NCBI GenBank assembly: GCA_049654165.1
Contig: JBASHR010000069.1
Span: forward strand, 64,513 to 128,512
Direction: 5' to 3'
Length of the DNA: 64,000 bases
From: Bacteroidales bacterium
GTDB lineage: Bacteria > Bacteroidota > Bacteroidia > Bacteroidales > JAAYJT01
In this document: positions 26,606 through 35,885 of the stretch, in pieces
How the letters are laid out: the number at the start of each line of letters is the position of its first letter
Position numbering within the stretch: position 1 is the stretch's first letter
The notes under the pieces: model-generated
What the model was told of the DNA's origin: nothing
Seen by the model: only the letters and a program-made list of their open reading frames with translations
Database searches by the model: none
Position numbers and translations under genes: made by a program

Positions 26606-27294
26606 TGAACCCACGACAATTTGAAGAATTAGTTTGTGAGTATTTTCGCAAACAAGGTTACGAGGCCAAAACAACTTCATACAGTGGCGACTATGGTATT
26701 GACGTTTTCGCAACAAAAGGAAAAGAGAAAATAGCAGTTCAAGTAAATATGTATGGCGATTCAACAAGAAAAATAAATCGTCAAATGGTAATGGAATTGT
26801 ACGGAGCAAAAGATTATTTTGATTGCACCAAAGCAATTATCGCAACTGACGGAGCATTTTTGCCCGATGCAATTTCTGTTGCAGAGAAATTGAAAATTGA
26901 AATTTTGTATTTCAACGAATTTCAAACACAACTTCCACAAAATCAATCACTAAAAAGCCGCAAGACAGATAAAACTTTTGAACAAATTTGGGAAGACTAC
27001 ATAATTCCACTTCAAGGAAAAACACTAACGAGAAGTAACGGTAAAACAAATAAAATAATCAAGGTAGATTGGAGTGGAATTGAACGGCTGACATCAAACG
27101 GTAATAAAGGAAAAATCAAAATTGAAATATTCAAACAAGCCGTAAACAAACTTTTAACTAATGGTTCAATTAGCCGTGATTACATCAATCAAAACTACGT
27201 CGGACGAGCATCTTCGGGAATTGTGCTAATTTTATCACAAGTTCCGTTCTTTACACTAACTGACAGACCAACAGGATTGAAATATGAAATGTAA
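26605..27294 (+). CDS. Mrr-like (PD-(D/E)xK) restriction endonuclease domain protein with an uncharacterised C-terminal domain
   Basis: 'FEELVCEYFRKQGY', 'GDYGIDVFA' and 'IAVQVNMY' match the Mrr_cat layout. The start ATG overlaps the upstream stop by 1 nt (TAATG). Confidence 0.65.
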   Translation: MNPRQFEELVCEYFRKQGYEAKTTSYSGDYGIDVFATKGKEKIAVQVNMYGDSTRKINRQMVMELYGAKDYFDCTKAIIATDGAFLPDAISVAEKLKIEILYFNEFQTQLPQNQSLKSRKTDKTFEQIWEDYIIPLQGKTLTRSNGKTNKIIKVDWSGIERLTSNGNKGKIKIEIFKQAVNKLLTNGSISRDYINQNYVGRASSGIVLILSQVPFFTLTDRPTGLKYEM

Positions 27295-27306
27295 CGATAA
27301 AAAGCT

Positions 27307-27329
27307 ATAACTTTGTGCGGGTATTTATT
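27307..27329 (+). repeat. Repeated promoter module, copy C (3' core only)
   Basis: ataactttgtGcgggtatttatt is identical to copies A and B except at one position. Confidence 0.8.
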
Positions 27330-27395
27330 AGTTAATGACAAATTTAAGATTACGACTTGCAATAACTCAAATTTAATAACCAAAAAAATGTAATT

Positions 27396-27650
27396 ATGTC
27401 AGAAATTATTCGCAACAGGACAATCAGACCTTCAAGTAGGCTTGAAAGTTCAAAGAGTTACAAAATTGACACTAAAACCGTTTCGAGTGGCGACACTTTA
27501 ATTGTAAACATTGACCACGAATCAAAACCATTTAAGAAAACGTTCACATTCCGAGGTTCGGACGTTGCACATCTTAACAGTATTCACTTTAAGGTGCATG
27601 ATTTTGGAACTCATATTGAAATTTCTTGGAGTGGAGCAAAGCCAATCTGA
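27396..27650 (+). CDS. Hypothetical protein (84 aa)
   Basis: The ORF starts 81 nt downstream of the third TAACTTTG core. I recognise no motif. Confidence 0.4.
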   Translation: MSEIIRNRTIRPSSRLESSKSYKIDTKTVSSGDTLIVNIDHESKPFKKTFTFRGSDVAHLNSIHFKVHDFGTHIEISWSGAKPI

Positions 27651-27982
27651 ATAGCCGAAACATATTTGGTCAAGCAATTAGAACTTAAAGCACAGGTATT
27701 ATCAAAACCTACTGTTAAATCATTAATATTAGTCCACTCAAAAAAATCATTTGCGCCGTTGGCGAAAGACGATATTGAGATTTTAATCTTAGACACAATG
27801 CCTGGTGTATATTCCGAACTAAACTGCCCCCCCTATTCCGGTGATGCTGACCCCCATCATTCGATATCAGTTTTTTAGGGCTAATCTCAGTCTATAACAA
27901 AGAACAACGAGAGGATAAAATTATACCGATTGGAAAAATATAACAGACCAATTTTATCTCTGCTTGATTGTTCTATATATTT

Positions 27983-28025
27983 AAACCATCGGAATTGGCG
28001 ATTGTAAATACAAATCGTATAATAT
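27983..28025 (+). repeat. Dispersed intergenic repeat, copy 3 (shorter)
   Basis: aaaccatcggaattggcgattgtaaatacaaatcgtataatat. Confidence 0.6.
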
Positions 28026-28138
28026 GAGTGTTGTTTTATTGGCAATAAGCTATAAAATATCCCTTTTTTCAAAAAAGAGCGATTTTAATGAAACAAAATC
28101 ATTCAAAATTTCGTTCATATAATAAAATATATTATCAA

Positions 28139-28597
28139 ATGATAGAAGAAAAAGGAATAACAACAGACCATTATAAGAAATTCACTGAAATTCTCGGAAA
28201 GGAAAATATCCCTGTTGAAATTGAAAGCCCGTTCGATTTCATACATAATGCCAATGAAGGAATAAATGTAGGTGTGATATTGAATTTCAGCAGATATTTC
28301 AACCTGTCAAAAGAGCTTGTTGCTCAATTTCTGGATATTTCTGAACCGACTCTGTATCGTTGGTTTAAAGCGAACAAAAATTTAGAAAGGAATTTCTCGG
28401 TTAAGCTATTTGAAATTGTTGACCTGTTTATTTACGGTGAGGAAGTGTTTGGCGACCGTGATACTTTCTTCAAATGGTTGGGTCTGCCTAATCAAGCTAT
28501 GGGGGGCATGGAGCCAAAAGAGCTGATTGAGATACCCGGTGGTGTTTCAAAGATCAAAGACCTTTTGGGAAGAATTGAGCACGGTGTTTACAGTTAA
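28139..28597 (+). CDS. Xre-like antitoxin with a C-terminal DUF2384-type (MbcA/ParS) domain
   Basis: 'ISEPTLYRWFK' is HTH-like and 'FKWLGLPNQAMGGMEPKELIE...GVSKIKDLLGRIEHGVY' is the typical C-terminus. The ORF track starts at 28088. The gene lies directly upstream of a RES gene. Confidence 0.75.
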   Translation: MIEEKGITTDHYKKFTEILGKENIPVEIESPFDFIHNANEGINVGVILNFSRYFNLSKELVAQFLDISEPTLYRWFKANKNLERNFSVKLFEIVDLFIYGEEVFGDRDTFFKWLGLPNQAMGGMEPKELIEIPGGVSKIKDLLGRIEHGVYS

Positions 28598-28603
28598 TGA
28601 ATT

Positions 28604-29056
28604 ATGCTTGTTTACAGGATCACAGCAAGGAAATATGCAGGCGACCTGAGTGGCTATGGAGCAGCCATGTACGGCGGACGTTGGAATAAAAAAGGAATAC
28701 CGGTTCTTTATACAGGAGAAAATAAAGAAATAGCTCTTCTGGAGGTAATTGTAAACACCCCGCCATTGTTAATTCCGGAATTGGATATCCTTACTATTGA
28801 AATCTCAGATGATTCAATAACCACAATTGATATAGAGCAGTTGCCTAAAAACTGGAGTTCATATCCTGCTCCTGTTATTTTAACTGATATTGGAGAAAAC
28901 TGGATTAAGGAAGGCAAAACCATATCCCTTAAAGTGCCGAGCTGTATTATACATACCTCTCACAATTATATTTTAAATTGCAGGCATCCCGAATATTCAA
29001 GGGCTAAACTAATTGAGCGCAGGCATTTCAGGTTTGACCCGAGATTAAAAAAGTAA
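28604..29056 (+). CDS. RES domain toxin (NAD+-degrading RES family)
   Basis: 'YRITARKY...GGRWNKKGIPVLYTGENKEIALLE' carries the R-E-S signature. It is 150 aa and paired with the Xre/DUF2384 antitoxin. Confidence 0.8.
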   Translation: MLVYRITARKYAGDLSGYGAAMYGGRWNKKGIPVLYTGENKEIALLEVIVNTPPLLIPELDILTIEISDDSITTIDIEQLPKNWSSYPAPVILTDIGENWIKEGKTISLKVPSCIIHTSHNYILNCRHPEYSRAKLIERRHFRFDPRLKK

Positions 29057-29195
29057 AACCCTCATCATAGTATTGAGTCAGGGCGTTAAGGAAATTCGTA
29101 TTGAATAGCATGAGCCCCTGCTCAAATAATTGCCGAAAACCGTTATTCCAGTATATCAGGCAATAAGAAAGCCCGGCTTATTTCCGGCAGAAACC

Positions 29196-30734
29196 TTACA
29201 AAGGTATATTCCCATGTTTTTTACCCGGCAAACTATCAACTTTATTTTGGGTCATTTCCAAAGCCTGAATAAGTTTACGGCGGGTCTGTCGGGGATAAAT
29301 GATCTCGTCAATATAACCAAGTTCAGCGGCTTTATATGGGTTTGCAAATGTTTCGCGATAATTTTCAACAGCTTTTTGTTTTTGCTCTTCATCAAGTTTC
29401 TCGCGATATAAAATATTAACAGCCCCATCAGGTCCCATTACCGCAATTTCGGCACCGGGAAATGCAAAATTCACATCAGCACCAATATGTTTACTCGACA
29501 TTACATCATATGCACCGCCATATGCTTTACGGGTGATCACAGTGATCTTGGGTACGGTAGCTTCAGCGAAAGCATATAATAATTTGGCTCCATGCTTTAT
29601 TATACCGCCAAATTCCTGAGCAGTGCCTGGAAGAAAACCGGGGACATCAACAAATGTTATCAATGGAATATTAAAAGCATCGCAAAACCGTACAAATCTT
29701 GCAGCCTTGATTGAAGAATTGATATCCAGAACCCCTGCCAGTACAGCAGGCTGATTAGCCACTATCCCCACCGGACGTCCGTCAAGACGGGCAAAACCAA
29801 CAACCATATTCTGTGCATAATGCGGCATTACCTCAAAAAAGTTGCCATCATCAATAACAGTATATATCAGTTCTTTCATATCGTAAGGCTTATTGGGGTC
29901 GGCAGGCACCAATGTCTGAAGCTTTTCATCTTCACGGTCAGGATCATCTGCACTTACCTGAACAGGAGGGTCTTCCATATTATTTGATGGCAAAAACCCC
30001 ATCAGCTCACGTATCATCATAAGACATTGCTCATCAGTAGGTGCAACAAAATGAGCGACACCACTTTTTGAGTTATGGGTCATAGCCCCGCCCAGTTCAT
30101 CCTTTGTAACTTCTTCGTGAGTAACTGTTTTAATCACATCAGGACCTGTCACAAACATATAGCTCGTGTCTTTCACCATAAAAATAAAGTCAGTTATTGC
30201 AGGTGAGTAAACAGCTCCGCCGGCACATGGCCCAAGAATAGCAGATATCTGAGGTATTACACCTGAGCTTCTCACATTGCGGTAAAAAATATCAGCATAG
30301 CCTGCCAAACTCTGAACTCCTTCCTGTATACGGGCACCTCCTGAATCGTTAAGCCCGATGACTGGAGCACCCATTTTCATGGCAAGATCCATGACTTTAA
30401 CAATTTTATCGGCATTGGCACGGCTTAAGGTACCGCCAAAAACTGTAAAATCCTGTGCGAAAACATATACCAGACGCCCATCTATTTTACCATAACCGCT
30501 TACTACACCATCGCCGGCAATTTTTTGCCTGTCCATACCAAATTCAGACGTCCGGTGAGTCATATATTTATCAAGCTCCACAAAACTACCCGGATCCAAT
30601 AAAATATCAATACGCTCACGGGCAGTCAGGCGGCCTGACTGATGCAGTTTTTCAATTCTTTCAGCACCACCTCCGAGCAAAGCTTCTTTTTCCTTGTTCT
30701 CAAAACGTTTGTAAATTTCGTCCTGTGTAATCAT
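29196..30734 (-). CDS. Acyl-CoA carboxylase beta subunit (propionyl-CoA carboxylase / methylmalonyl-CoA carboxyltransferase)
   Basis: It shows carboxyltransferase family similarity throughout, e.g. 'GKLTARERI'-like '[14 protein letters not shown]' and 'DVPGFLPG'. Confidence 0.9.
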   Translation of the reverse strand: MITQDEIYKRFENKEKEALLGGGAERIEKLHQSGRLTARERIDILLDPGSFVELDKYMTHRTSEFGMDRQKIAGDGVVSGYGKIDGRLVYVFAQDFTVFGGTLSRANADKIVKVMDLAMKMGAPVIGLNDSGGARIQEGVQSLAGYADIFYRNVRSSGVIPQISAILGPCAGGAVYSPAITDFIFMVKDTSYMFVTGPDVIKTVTHEEVTKDELGGAMTHNSKSGVAHFVAPTDEQCLMMIRELMGFLPSNNMEDPPVQVSADDPDREDEKLQTLVPADPNKPYDMKELIYTVIDDGNFFEVMPHYAQNMVVGFARLDGRPVGIVANQPAVLAGVLDINSSIKAARFVRFCDAFNIPLITFVDVPGFLPGTAQEFGGIIKHGAKLLYAFAEATVPKITVITRKAYGGAYDVMSSKHIGADVNFAFPGAEIAVMGPDGAVNILYREKLDEEQKQKAVENYRETFANPYKAAELGYIDEIIYPRQTRRKLIQALEMTQNKVDSLPGKKHGNIPL

Positions 30735-30815
30735 AACTCAGTATTTTTCAATTTTTGTTTTCGGTTTTGAACACAAATTATTTATATCCCGGAAATTAAT
30801 CTTCAGAACCTTTTT

Positions 30816-31325
30816 TTATTCAAAAACCATCATAACCTGATTTCCATCCACCACATCGCCTTCATTAACATTTATTTTTTTCACCGTAGCGTCACGTGGC
30901 GCTTTGAACTCGCTTTCCATTTTCATTGCAGAAATTGTCATAACGGTCTGTCCTGCCTGCACTTTCTCTTTTTCTTTAACAAGTATCTTTATTACTCTTC
31001 CCGGCATTGGACTAACAATGGAATCACCACCGGCTTCGTCAATAGCTCCCTCACGGCTTTTCAGATATTTGGTTTGCGGGTCAATTATCTCAACATTATA
31101 CGTATTATAGAAGGTGCTTACAGTATAATGCCGTTTGCTGCCGGTGTTCACCATTTCAAGATTGTACGATCTATCATTCAGCAAGGCTGAGTAAACGCCA
31201 TCGCCAACCCTGGCAAGGTCGAGTTCGAGAATTTCTTCGTCAACCCTGATTTTTACATGGTTGCCGTCACGCTGTAATAATTCAACCAGAGCAGTACGAC
31301 CATTTATATTTATTTCTGTTTTCAT
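30816..31325 (-). CDS. Biotin carboxyl carrier / biotin-lipoyl attachment domain protein
   Basis: Its C-terminus has the biotinylation motif 'AMKME'. Confidence 0.8.
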   Translation of the reverse strand: MKTEININGRTALVELLQRDGNHVKIRVDEEILELDLARVGDGVYSALLNDRSYNLEMVNTGSKRHYTVSTFYNTYNVEIIDPQTKYLKSREGAIDEAGGDSIVSPMPGRVIKILVKEKEKVQAGQTVMTISAMKMESEFKAPRDATVKKINVNEGDVVDGNQVMMVFE

Positions 31326-31422
31326 TCTCTTTTGCTGCTATTTTTTATAACAGATATTTAATGGGGTTAATTTCTTTTTTCTGATAATGCTTTCTACTGA
31401 ACTTGAAACATAAGGCTTAATA

Positions 31423-32928
31423 TCAGGTTCTCAGGGCTTTTCTTCTTCCACATTCTTTCCAGTTGCTAACGCTGTTACGCGAAGCCTGTTCATTCTTTTT
31501 CATTTCTATTTTATCCAGGTAATCAATGAATGTTGAGATTATTGCCAGAGTCTCACAGCGTTCACCACAATACGGGTCCTGCAAAAGTATATCACGGTTA
31601 TTTTCAATGAAATGGGTGTTATAGGTGCCATTTTTAAAGTCAGGTGTATCCATTATTCTTTCCAGAAACTTTATAGAAGTCTTCACACCCGTTATTTTGT
31701 ATTCATACAATGCCCTTCGCATTCTTCGTATGGCTTCTTCCCGCGTCTGAGCCCATACAATAAGTTTTGATATCAGAGGGTCGTAATAAATAGGTATTTC
31801 ATATCCTTCGTAAACATAACCATCATGCCTGACACCAAGACCGAGTGGTTCAGAAATATGGCGTATCAATCCCGGGCTGGGCATGAAATTATTGTTTGTA
31901 TCTTCAGCATAGATACGGCACTCAATAGCATGGCCGAATTGCCTGAGTTCTTCCTGTTTCAGTTTCAGATGCTCTCCATTTGCAATTCTGATCTGTTCTT
32001 TAACAAGATCAACGCCCACAACCCTTTCAGTGATCGGATGCTCAACCTGCAAACGGGTGTTCATCTCAAGGAAATAATAATTCAGGTTATCATCAACAAT
32101 AAATTCGATAGTTCCTGCACCATAATAATTAACTGCTTTAGCGGCATTAACCGCATGACGTCCCATTTCTTCACGAATTTCGGGAGTAAGTAAAGGCGAT
32201 GGGGTTTCTTCTATCACTTTCTGATGCCTGCGCTGTACTGAGCATTCTCTCTCAAACAAATGAATTGTATGCCCGTGCTTATCGGCAAGGATCTGAAATT
32301 CAATATGATGAGGTGAATCAATGTATTTCTCGATATAAACCGCATCATCGCCGAAAGCTGTGTGAGCTTCAGAACGTGCAGCTCTGATAGCCGAAACTAT
32401 TTCACTTTTTTTATGAACCAGGCGCATACCCTTGCCTCCTCCACCTGCTGAAGCTTTTATCATAACCGGCAAACCTATTTCCGTAATAGTCTGAATAGCC
32501 TCTTCTTCGCTGGTAATTTTATTTTCAGTACCGGGAACCACAGGAACACCTGCTTTCGTCATATGTTTACGCGCTGTAATCTTATCGCCCATAGCCGAAA
32601 TTGCCTGAGGCGAAGGTCCTATGAAAATTATACCTTCATCAGCACAGCGTTGCGAAAACTTTTCGTTTTCTGAAAGAAAACCATAACCGGGGTGAATGGC
32701 ATCAGCTCCGCATTTTTTAGCTACCTCAATTATCTTTTCAATATTCAGATAGCTTTGTACTGATGGTGACGGGCCAATATGATAAGCTTCATCAGCATAA
32801 CGTACATGCAGGGATTTACGGTCGGCATCAGAAAACACCGCAACTGTTACCAGACCCATTTCGCGACAGGAGCGCATAACCCTGACAGCAATTTCGCCAC
32901 GGTTTGCGACCAATACCTTTTTAATCAT
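31423..32928 (-). CDS. accC: Biotin carboxylase subunit of acyl-CoA carboxylase
   Basis: It starts 'KKVLVANRGEIAVRV' and has an ATP-grasp region with 'GGGGKGM' and 'EMNTRLQVEHP'. Confidence 0.9.
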   Translation of the reverse strand: MIKKVLVANRGEIAVRVMRSCREMGLVTVAVFSDADRKSLHVRYADEAYHIGPSPSVQSYLNIEKIIEVAKKCGADAIHPGYGFLSENEKFSQRCADEGIIFIGPSPQAISAMGDKITARKHMTKAGVPVVPGTENKITSEEEAIQTITEIGLPVMIKASAGGGGKGMRLVHKKSEIVSAIRAARSEAHTAFGDDAVYIEKYIDSPHHIEFQILADKHGHTIHLFERECSVQRRHQKVIEETPSPLLTPEIREEMGRHAVNAAKAVNYYGAGTIEFIVDDNLNYYFLEMNTRLQVEHPITERVVGVDLVKEQIRIANGEHLKLKQEELRQFGHAIECRIYAEDTNNNFMPSPGLIRHISEPLGLGVRHDGYVYEGYEIPIYYDPLISKLIVWAQTREEAIRRMRRALYEYKITGVKTSIKFLERIMDTPDFKNGTYNTHFIENNRDILLQDPYCGERCETLAIISTFIDYLDKIEMKKNEQASRNSVSNWKECGRRKALRT

Positions 32929-33131
32929 GCAAGCTTAAAATGATTAGAACTTTGAATTTAAACAATGAGGATTAAAAAAGGTTTGATCATACAAAAGTTC
33001 AAAGAATATCTTCCGAACTTCCGGATCGAATCATAATTGCACAAAAAACAACTTGCTAAACTCCGATTTAAAAAAAATCGGACATAGGTTTTGCCCCTTC
33101 AGATATTACTTTGATGGGGTTGAAATTATTA

Positions 33132-34127
33132 TCAGAACACTTTGAACCCGATTATTTCCCTTACGTCTCTGATAGTACGTGAAGCACTTTCGCGTGCTTT
33201 TTCAGCGCCAAGGCTGGCAACTTTATGCAGATAGTCGTCGTTTGCAGATAATTCTTTTATTTTTTCACGAAACGGCTCTGTAAACGCAATAACATCTTCG
33301 GCAAGCTGCTTTTTCAAATCACCGTAACGGATCTGACAGGAATTATAAAGGTTGTTAAAATGTTCATAGGTATCAGCAGATGAAAGCACTTTCATCAACT
33401 GGAACAAATTTTCAACAGGCTGGGGCTTAGGCTGATTTTCAACTGTCGGGCCTGCATCGGTAACAGCTCGCATTATCTTCTTACGAATGACTTCAGGCTC
33501 ATCAGAAAGATAAATGGCATTATGATCGCCTTCTGACTTGCTCATTTTTGTACTTCCATCGAGTCCGGGAATTTTTATAAGCTCTTCGCCAAAATTGAAA
33601 GCTACCGGAGCCGGGAAATATTCCACTTTATACATGCGGTTAAACCTGTTGGCAAAGTTGCGCATCATTTCGAGATGTTGCTCCTGATCCTTGCCAACCG
33701 GCACTTTAGCAGCTTTATGAATGAGAACATCGGCGGCCATAAGAGTAGGATAAGTCAGCAAACCGGCATTTATATTATCCGGCTGAGTTCTGACTTTCTC
33801 TTTGAATGAAGCTACCCGCTCCAATTCGCCAAGATAGGCATTCATATTCAGTAACAAATATAGTTCGGTAACTTCAGGAATATCACTTTGAATGTAAAGG
33901 GTAGCTTTTTCAGGATCCAAACCGGCAGCAAGAAAATTTACCAGAACATTCTTCACATTGCCATGAAGGTCGGCAGGGGTTGGATGTGTCGTCAAAGAAT
34001 GATAGTCGGCAATAAAGAAATAGCATCTATGCTCGTTTTGCATTTTAATGAAATTTTTTACCGCTCCAAAATAATTACCCAAATGCAAATTTCCGGTAGG
34101 GCGAATTCCGCTTACAACAATATCCAT
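33132..34127 (-). CDS. trpS: Tryptophan--tRNA ligase
   Basis: It has the class I motifs 'TGNLHLGNY' (HIGH-like) and 'KMSKS'. Confidence 0.95.
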   Translation of the reverse strand: MDIVVSGIRPTGNLHLGNYFGAVKNFIKMQNEHRCYFFIADYHSLTTHPTPADLHGNVKNVLVNFLAAGLDPEKATLYIQSDIPEVTELYLLLNMNAYLGELERVASFKEKVRTQPDNINAGLLTYPTLMAADVLIHKAAKVPVGKDQEQHLEMMRNFANRFNRMYKVEYFPAPVAFNFGEELIKIPGLDGSTKMSKSEGDHNAIYLSDEPEVIRKKIMRAVTDAGPTVENQPKPQPVENLFQLMKVLSSADTYEHFNNLYNSCQIRYGDLKKQLAEDVIAFTEPFREKIKELSANDDYLHKVASLGAEKARESASRTIRDVREIIGFKVF

Positions 34128-34187
34128 TGATTATAATTGATTTTTAATAAGTTACAAAATTATACTAAAGCGTACGTAAGGTACACT

Positions 34188-35741
34188 TTATAAAACGATC
34201 TCATCGTCGTTTTTGTTGAAAAAATGATATTCAAGAAAATGATGTGACGACATTGAACTGAGCCTTATCCATTTCCCATAACGCAGAAACCATTTCATAC
34301 GCCGGCTGATAAAACCTTTTGTAATAAAAGCATGAACATAGGGATGTAAAGCTAATTTCAGATATTTTTCATTTTGATCCTTAATGAGATAATGAATGTT
34401 GTTTTCAATTTCATCAACCAGAATAATACTTGATTTCACTTTACCGGTTCCATCGCAGGCAGGACATTTTTCAAGTACCTGAACTGTCATTTCAGGTCTT
34501 ACACGCTGACGTGTTATCTGAACAAGTCCAAATTTACTGGGAGGCAATATTGAATGTTTGGCGCGGTCTTTCGACATTTCATCCTTGAGTTTCTGATAAA
34601 GCTCACGACGATGCGCCGCCTGGTGCATATCAATAAAATCAACGACTATTATCCCGCCCATATCGCGTAATCTCAACTGCCGTGCAACCTCGGCAGAAGC
34701 TTCCAGGTTTACAGATAATGCATTGGCTTCCTGTGTATTGTCAACATTTATACGATGACCGCTATTAATGTCAATCACATGTAAAGCCTCAGTATGCTCA
34801 ATAATGAGATAAATACCGCTTTTAATCGTTACGATCTTGCCAAACGAATTCTTTATCTGCTTATCAATGCCGAAATTCTCAAAAATCGGCGTTTTACCTT
34901 TATAATGCTTTACTATATCAACCTTGTCGGGTGATATTTTTTTAATATAGTTTTTAATTTCCTCATAAACATCGGCATCATTTACGTAAATACTATTAAA
35001 CGATTCGTTAAGGATATCACGTAAAATGGCTGAAGTACGATCAATTTCACTAATGATTTTCTGTGTAGGCTGCGCCTTTTTAAGTCTGGCTACAATATTT
35101 TCCCATTTCTGCACCAGATTTTTCAGATCAGCATCCAGGTCGGCTACCATTTTATTCTCAGCAACCGTTCTGATAATAATTCCGCAGTTTTTAGGCCTGA
35201 TGCTTTGTATTAATCTTTTCAGGCGATTTCTTTCTTCCGGACTTTTTATCTTTTGCGAAACCGAGATCCGGTTTGAAAACGGTACCATAACCAGATAACG
35301 TCCGGCAAATGTAAGTTCAGAAGTAATTCGCGGACCTTTCGTTGAAATAGGTTCTTTTGCTATTTGAACCAGAACATTTTGATTGGGGCTGAGTACCGAA
35401 GATATTTTACCACTTTTATCAATATCGGGTTCCATGCTGAACCCTGCAAGGGCGCTGCTCTGTACTTTTCCTTCAATGGCGAGGTTAACGAACTTGTTAA
35501 GTGAGTTTATCTGGGCACCCAGATCGAGATAATGTAGAAAGGCATCTTTTTCGTAACCAACATCAACAAATGCAGCATTCAGACCCGGCATTATTTTCCG
35601 AACCCTTCCAAGATAGACATCGCCAACAGAATATTTATTGTTGCTCTTCTCCTTGTTAAGTTCTACTAATACCTTGTCTTCAAGTAATGCAATGCTGACT
35701 TCTGAAGAATCCGAATCAATGACTAATTCCTTATTCACCAC
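34188..35741 (-). CDS. rng: Ribonuclease E/G family (RNase G-like)
   Basis: It has an S1-like N-terminus ('VGDVYLGRVRKIMPGLNAAFVDVG') and a catalytic core with 'IIEHTEALHVIDINSG'. The start codon is GTG. Confidence 0.9.
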   Translation of the reverse strand: MVNKELVIDSDSSEVSIALLEDKVLVELNKEKSNNKYSVGDVYLGRVRKIMPGLNAAFVDVGYEKDAFLHYLDLGAQINSLNKFVNLAIEGKVQSSALAGFSMEPDIDKSGKISSVLSPNQNVLVQIAKEPISTKGPRITSELTFAGRYLVMVPFSNRISVSQKIKSPEERNRLKRLIQSIRPKNCGIIIRTVAENKMVADLDADLKNLVQKWENIVARLKKAQPTQKIISEIDRTSAILRDILNESFNSIYVNDADVYEEIKNYIKKISPDKVDIVKHYKGKTPIFENFGIDKQIKNSFGKIVTIKSGIYLIIEHTEALHVIDINSGHRINVDNTQEANALSVNLEASAEVARQLRLRDMGGIIVVDFIDMHQAAHRRELYQKLKDEMSKDRAKHSILPPSKFGLVQITRQRVRPEMTVQVLEKCPACDGTGKVKSSIILVDEIENNIHYLIKDQNEKYLKLALHPYVHAFITKGFISRRMKWFLRYGKWIRLSSMSSHHFLEYHFFNKNDDEIVL

Positions 35742-35838
35742 TTAATAAAGTGTTACGATTTTCCTGCATACTGAAAAGCCAACTACACAATAAAGTCGGT
35801 AAAATTTAGGGATTGGGAAAGGAATAAGAAAAAGGTAT

Positions 35839-35871
35839 GAGTTAAAGCGATGTAAATTACCGCTTTAACTC
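35839..35871 (-). terminator. Intrinsic terminator hairpin downstream of the 29-aa ORF
   Basis: GAGTTAAAGCG, a 11-nt loop, then CGCTTTAACTC gives a perfect 11-bp stem. A T-rich tract follows on the minus strand. Confidence 0.6.
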
Positions 35872-35885
35872 ACCACTCCTTACTC

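Noticed and set aside
20248-27329. An integron or attC cassette array as the explanation for the repeated module in front of the island cassettes.
   Set aside because: No integrase gene is in the window. The repeats lack the imperfect-palindrome attC architecture and instead contain a canonical -7 promoter box upstream of each ORF.
27666-27878. A 70-aa ORF (TTG start) whose tail 'ELNCPPYSGDADPHHSISVF' vaguely recalls the Pro-rich junk C-termini seen on some Bacteroidota IS-associated ORFs. It might be a transposase remnant marking the island end.
   Set aside because: The resemblance is only an impression from memory. There is no transposase motif or inverted repeat, and the start is non-ATG. 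That is too weak to call.
27887-28072. A 61-aa minus-strand ORF between the 84-aa ORF and the antitoxin gene.
   Set aside because: It has an implausible composition and overlaps the dispersed repeat copy and the antitoxin promoter region. It has no signal or motif.
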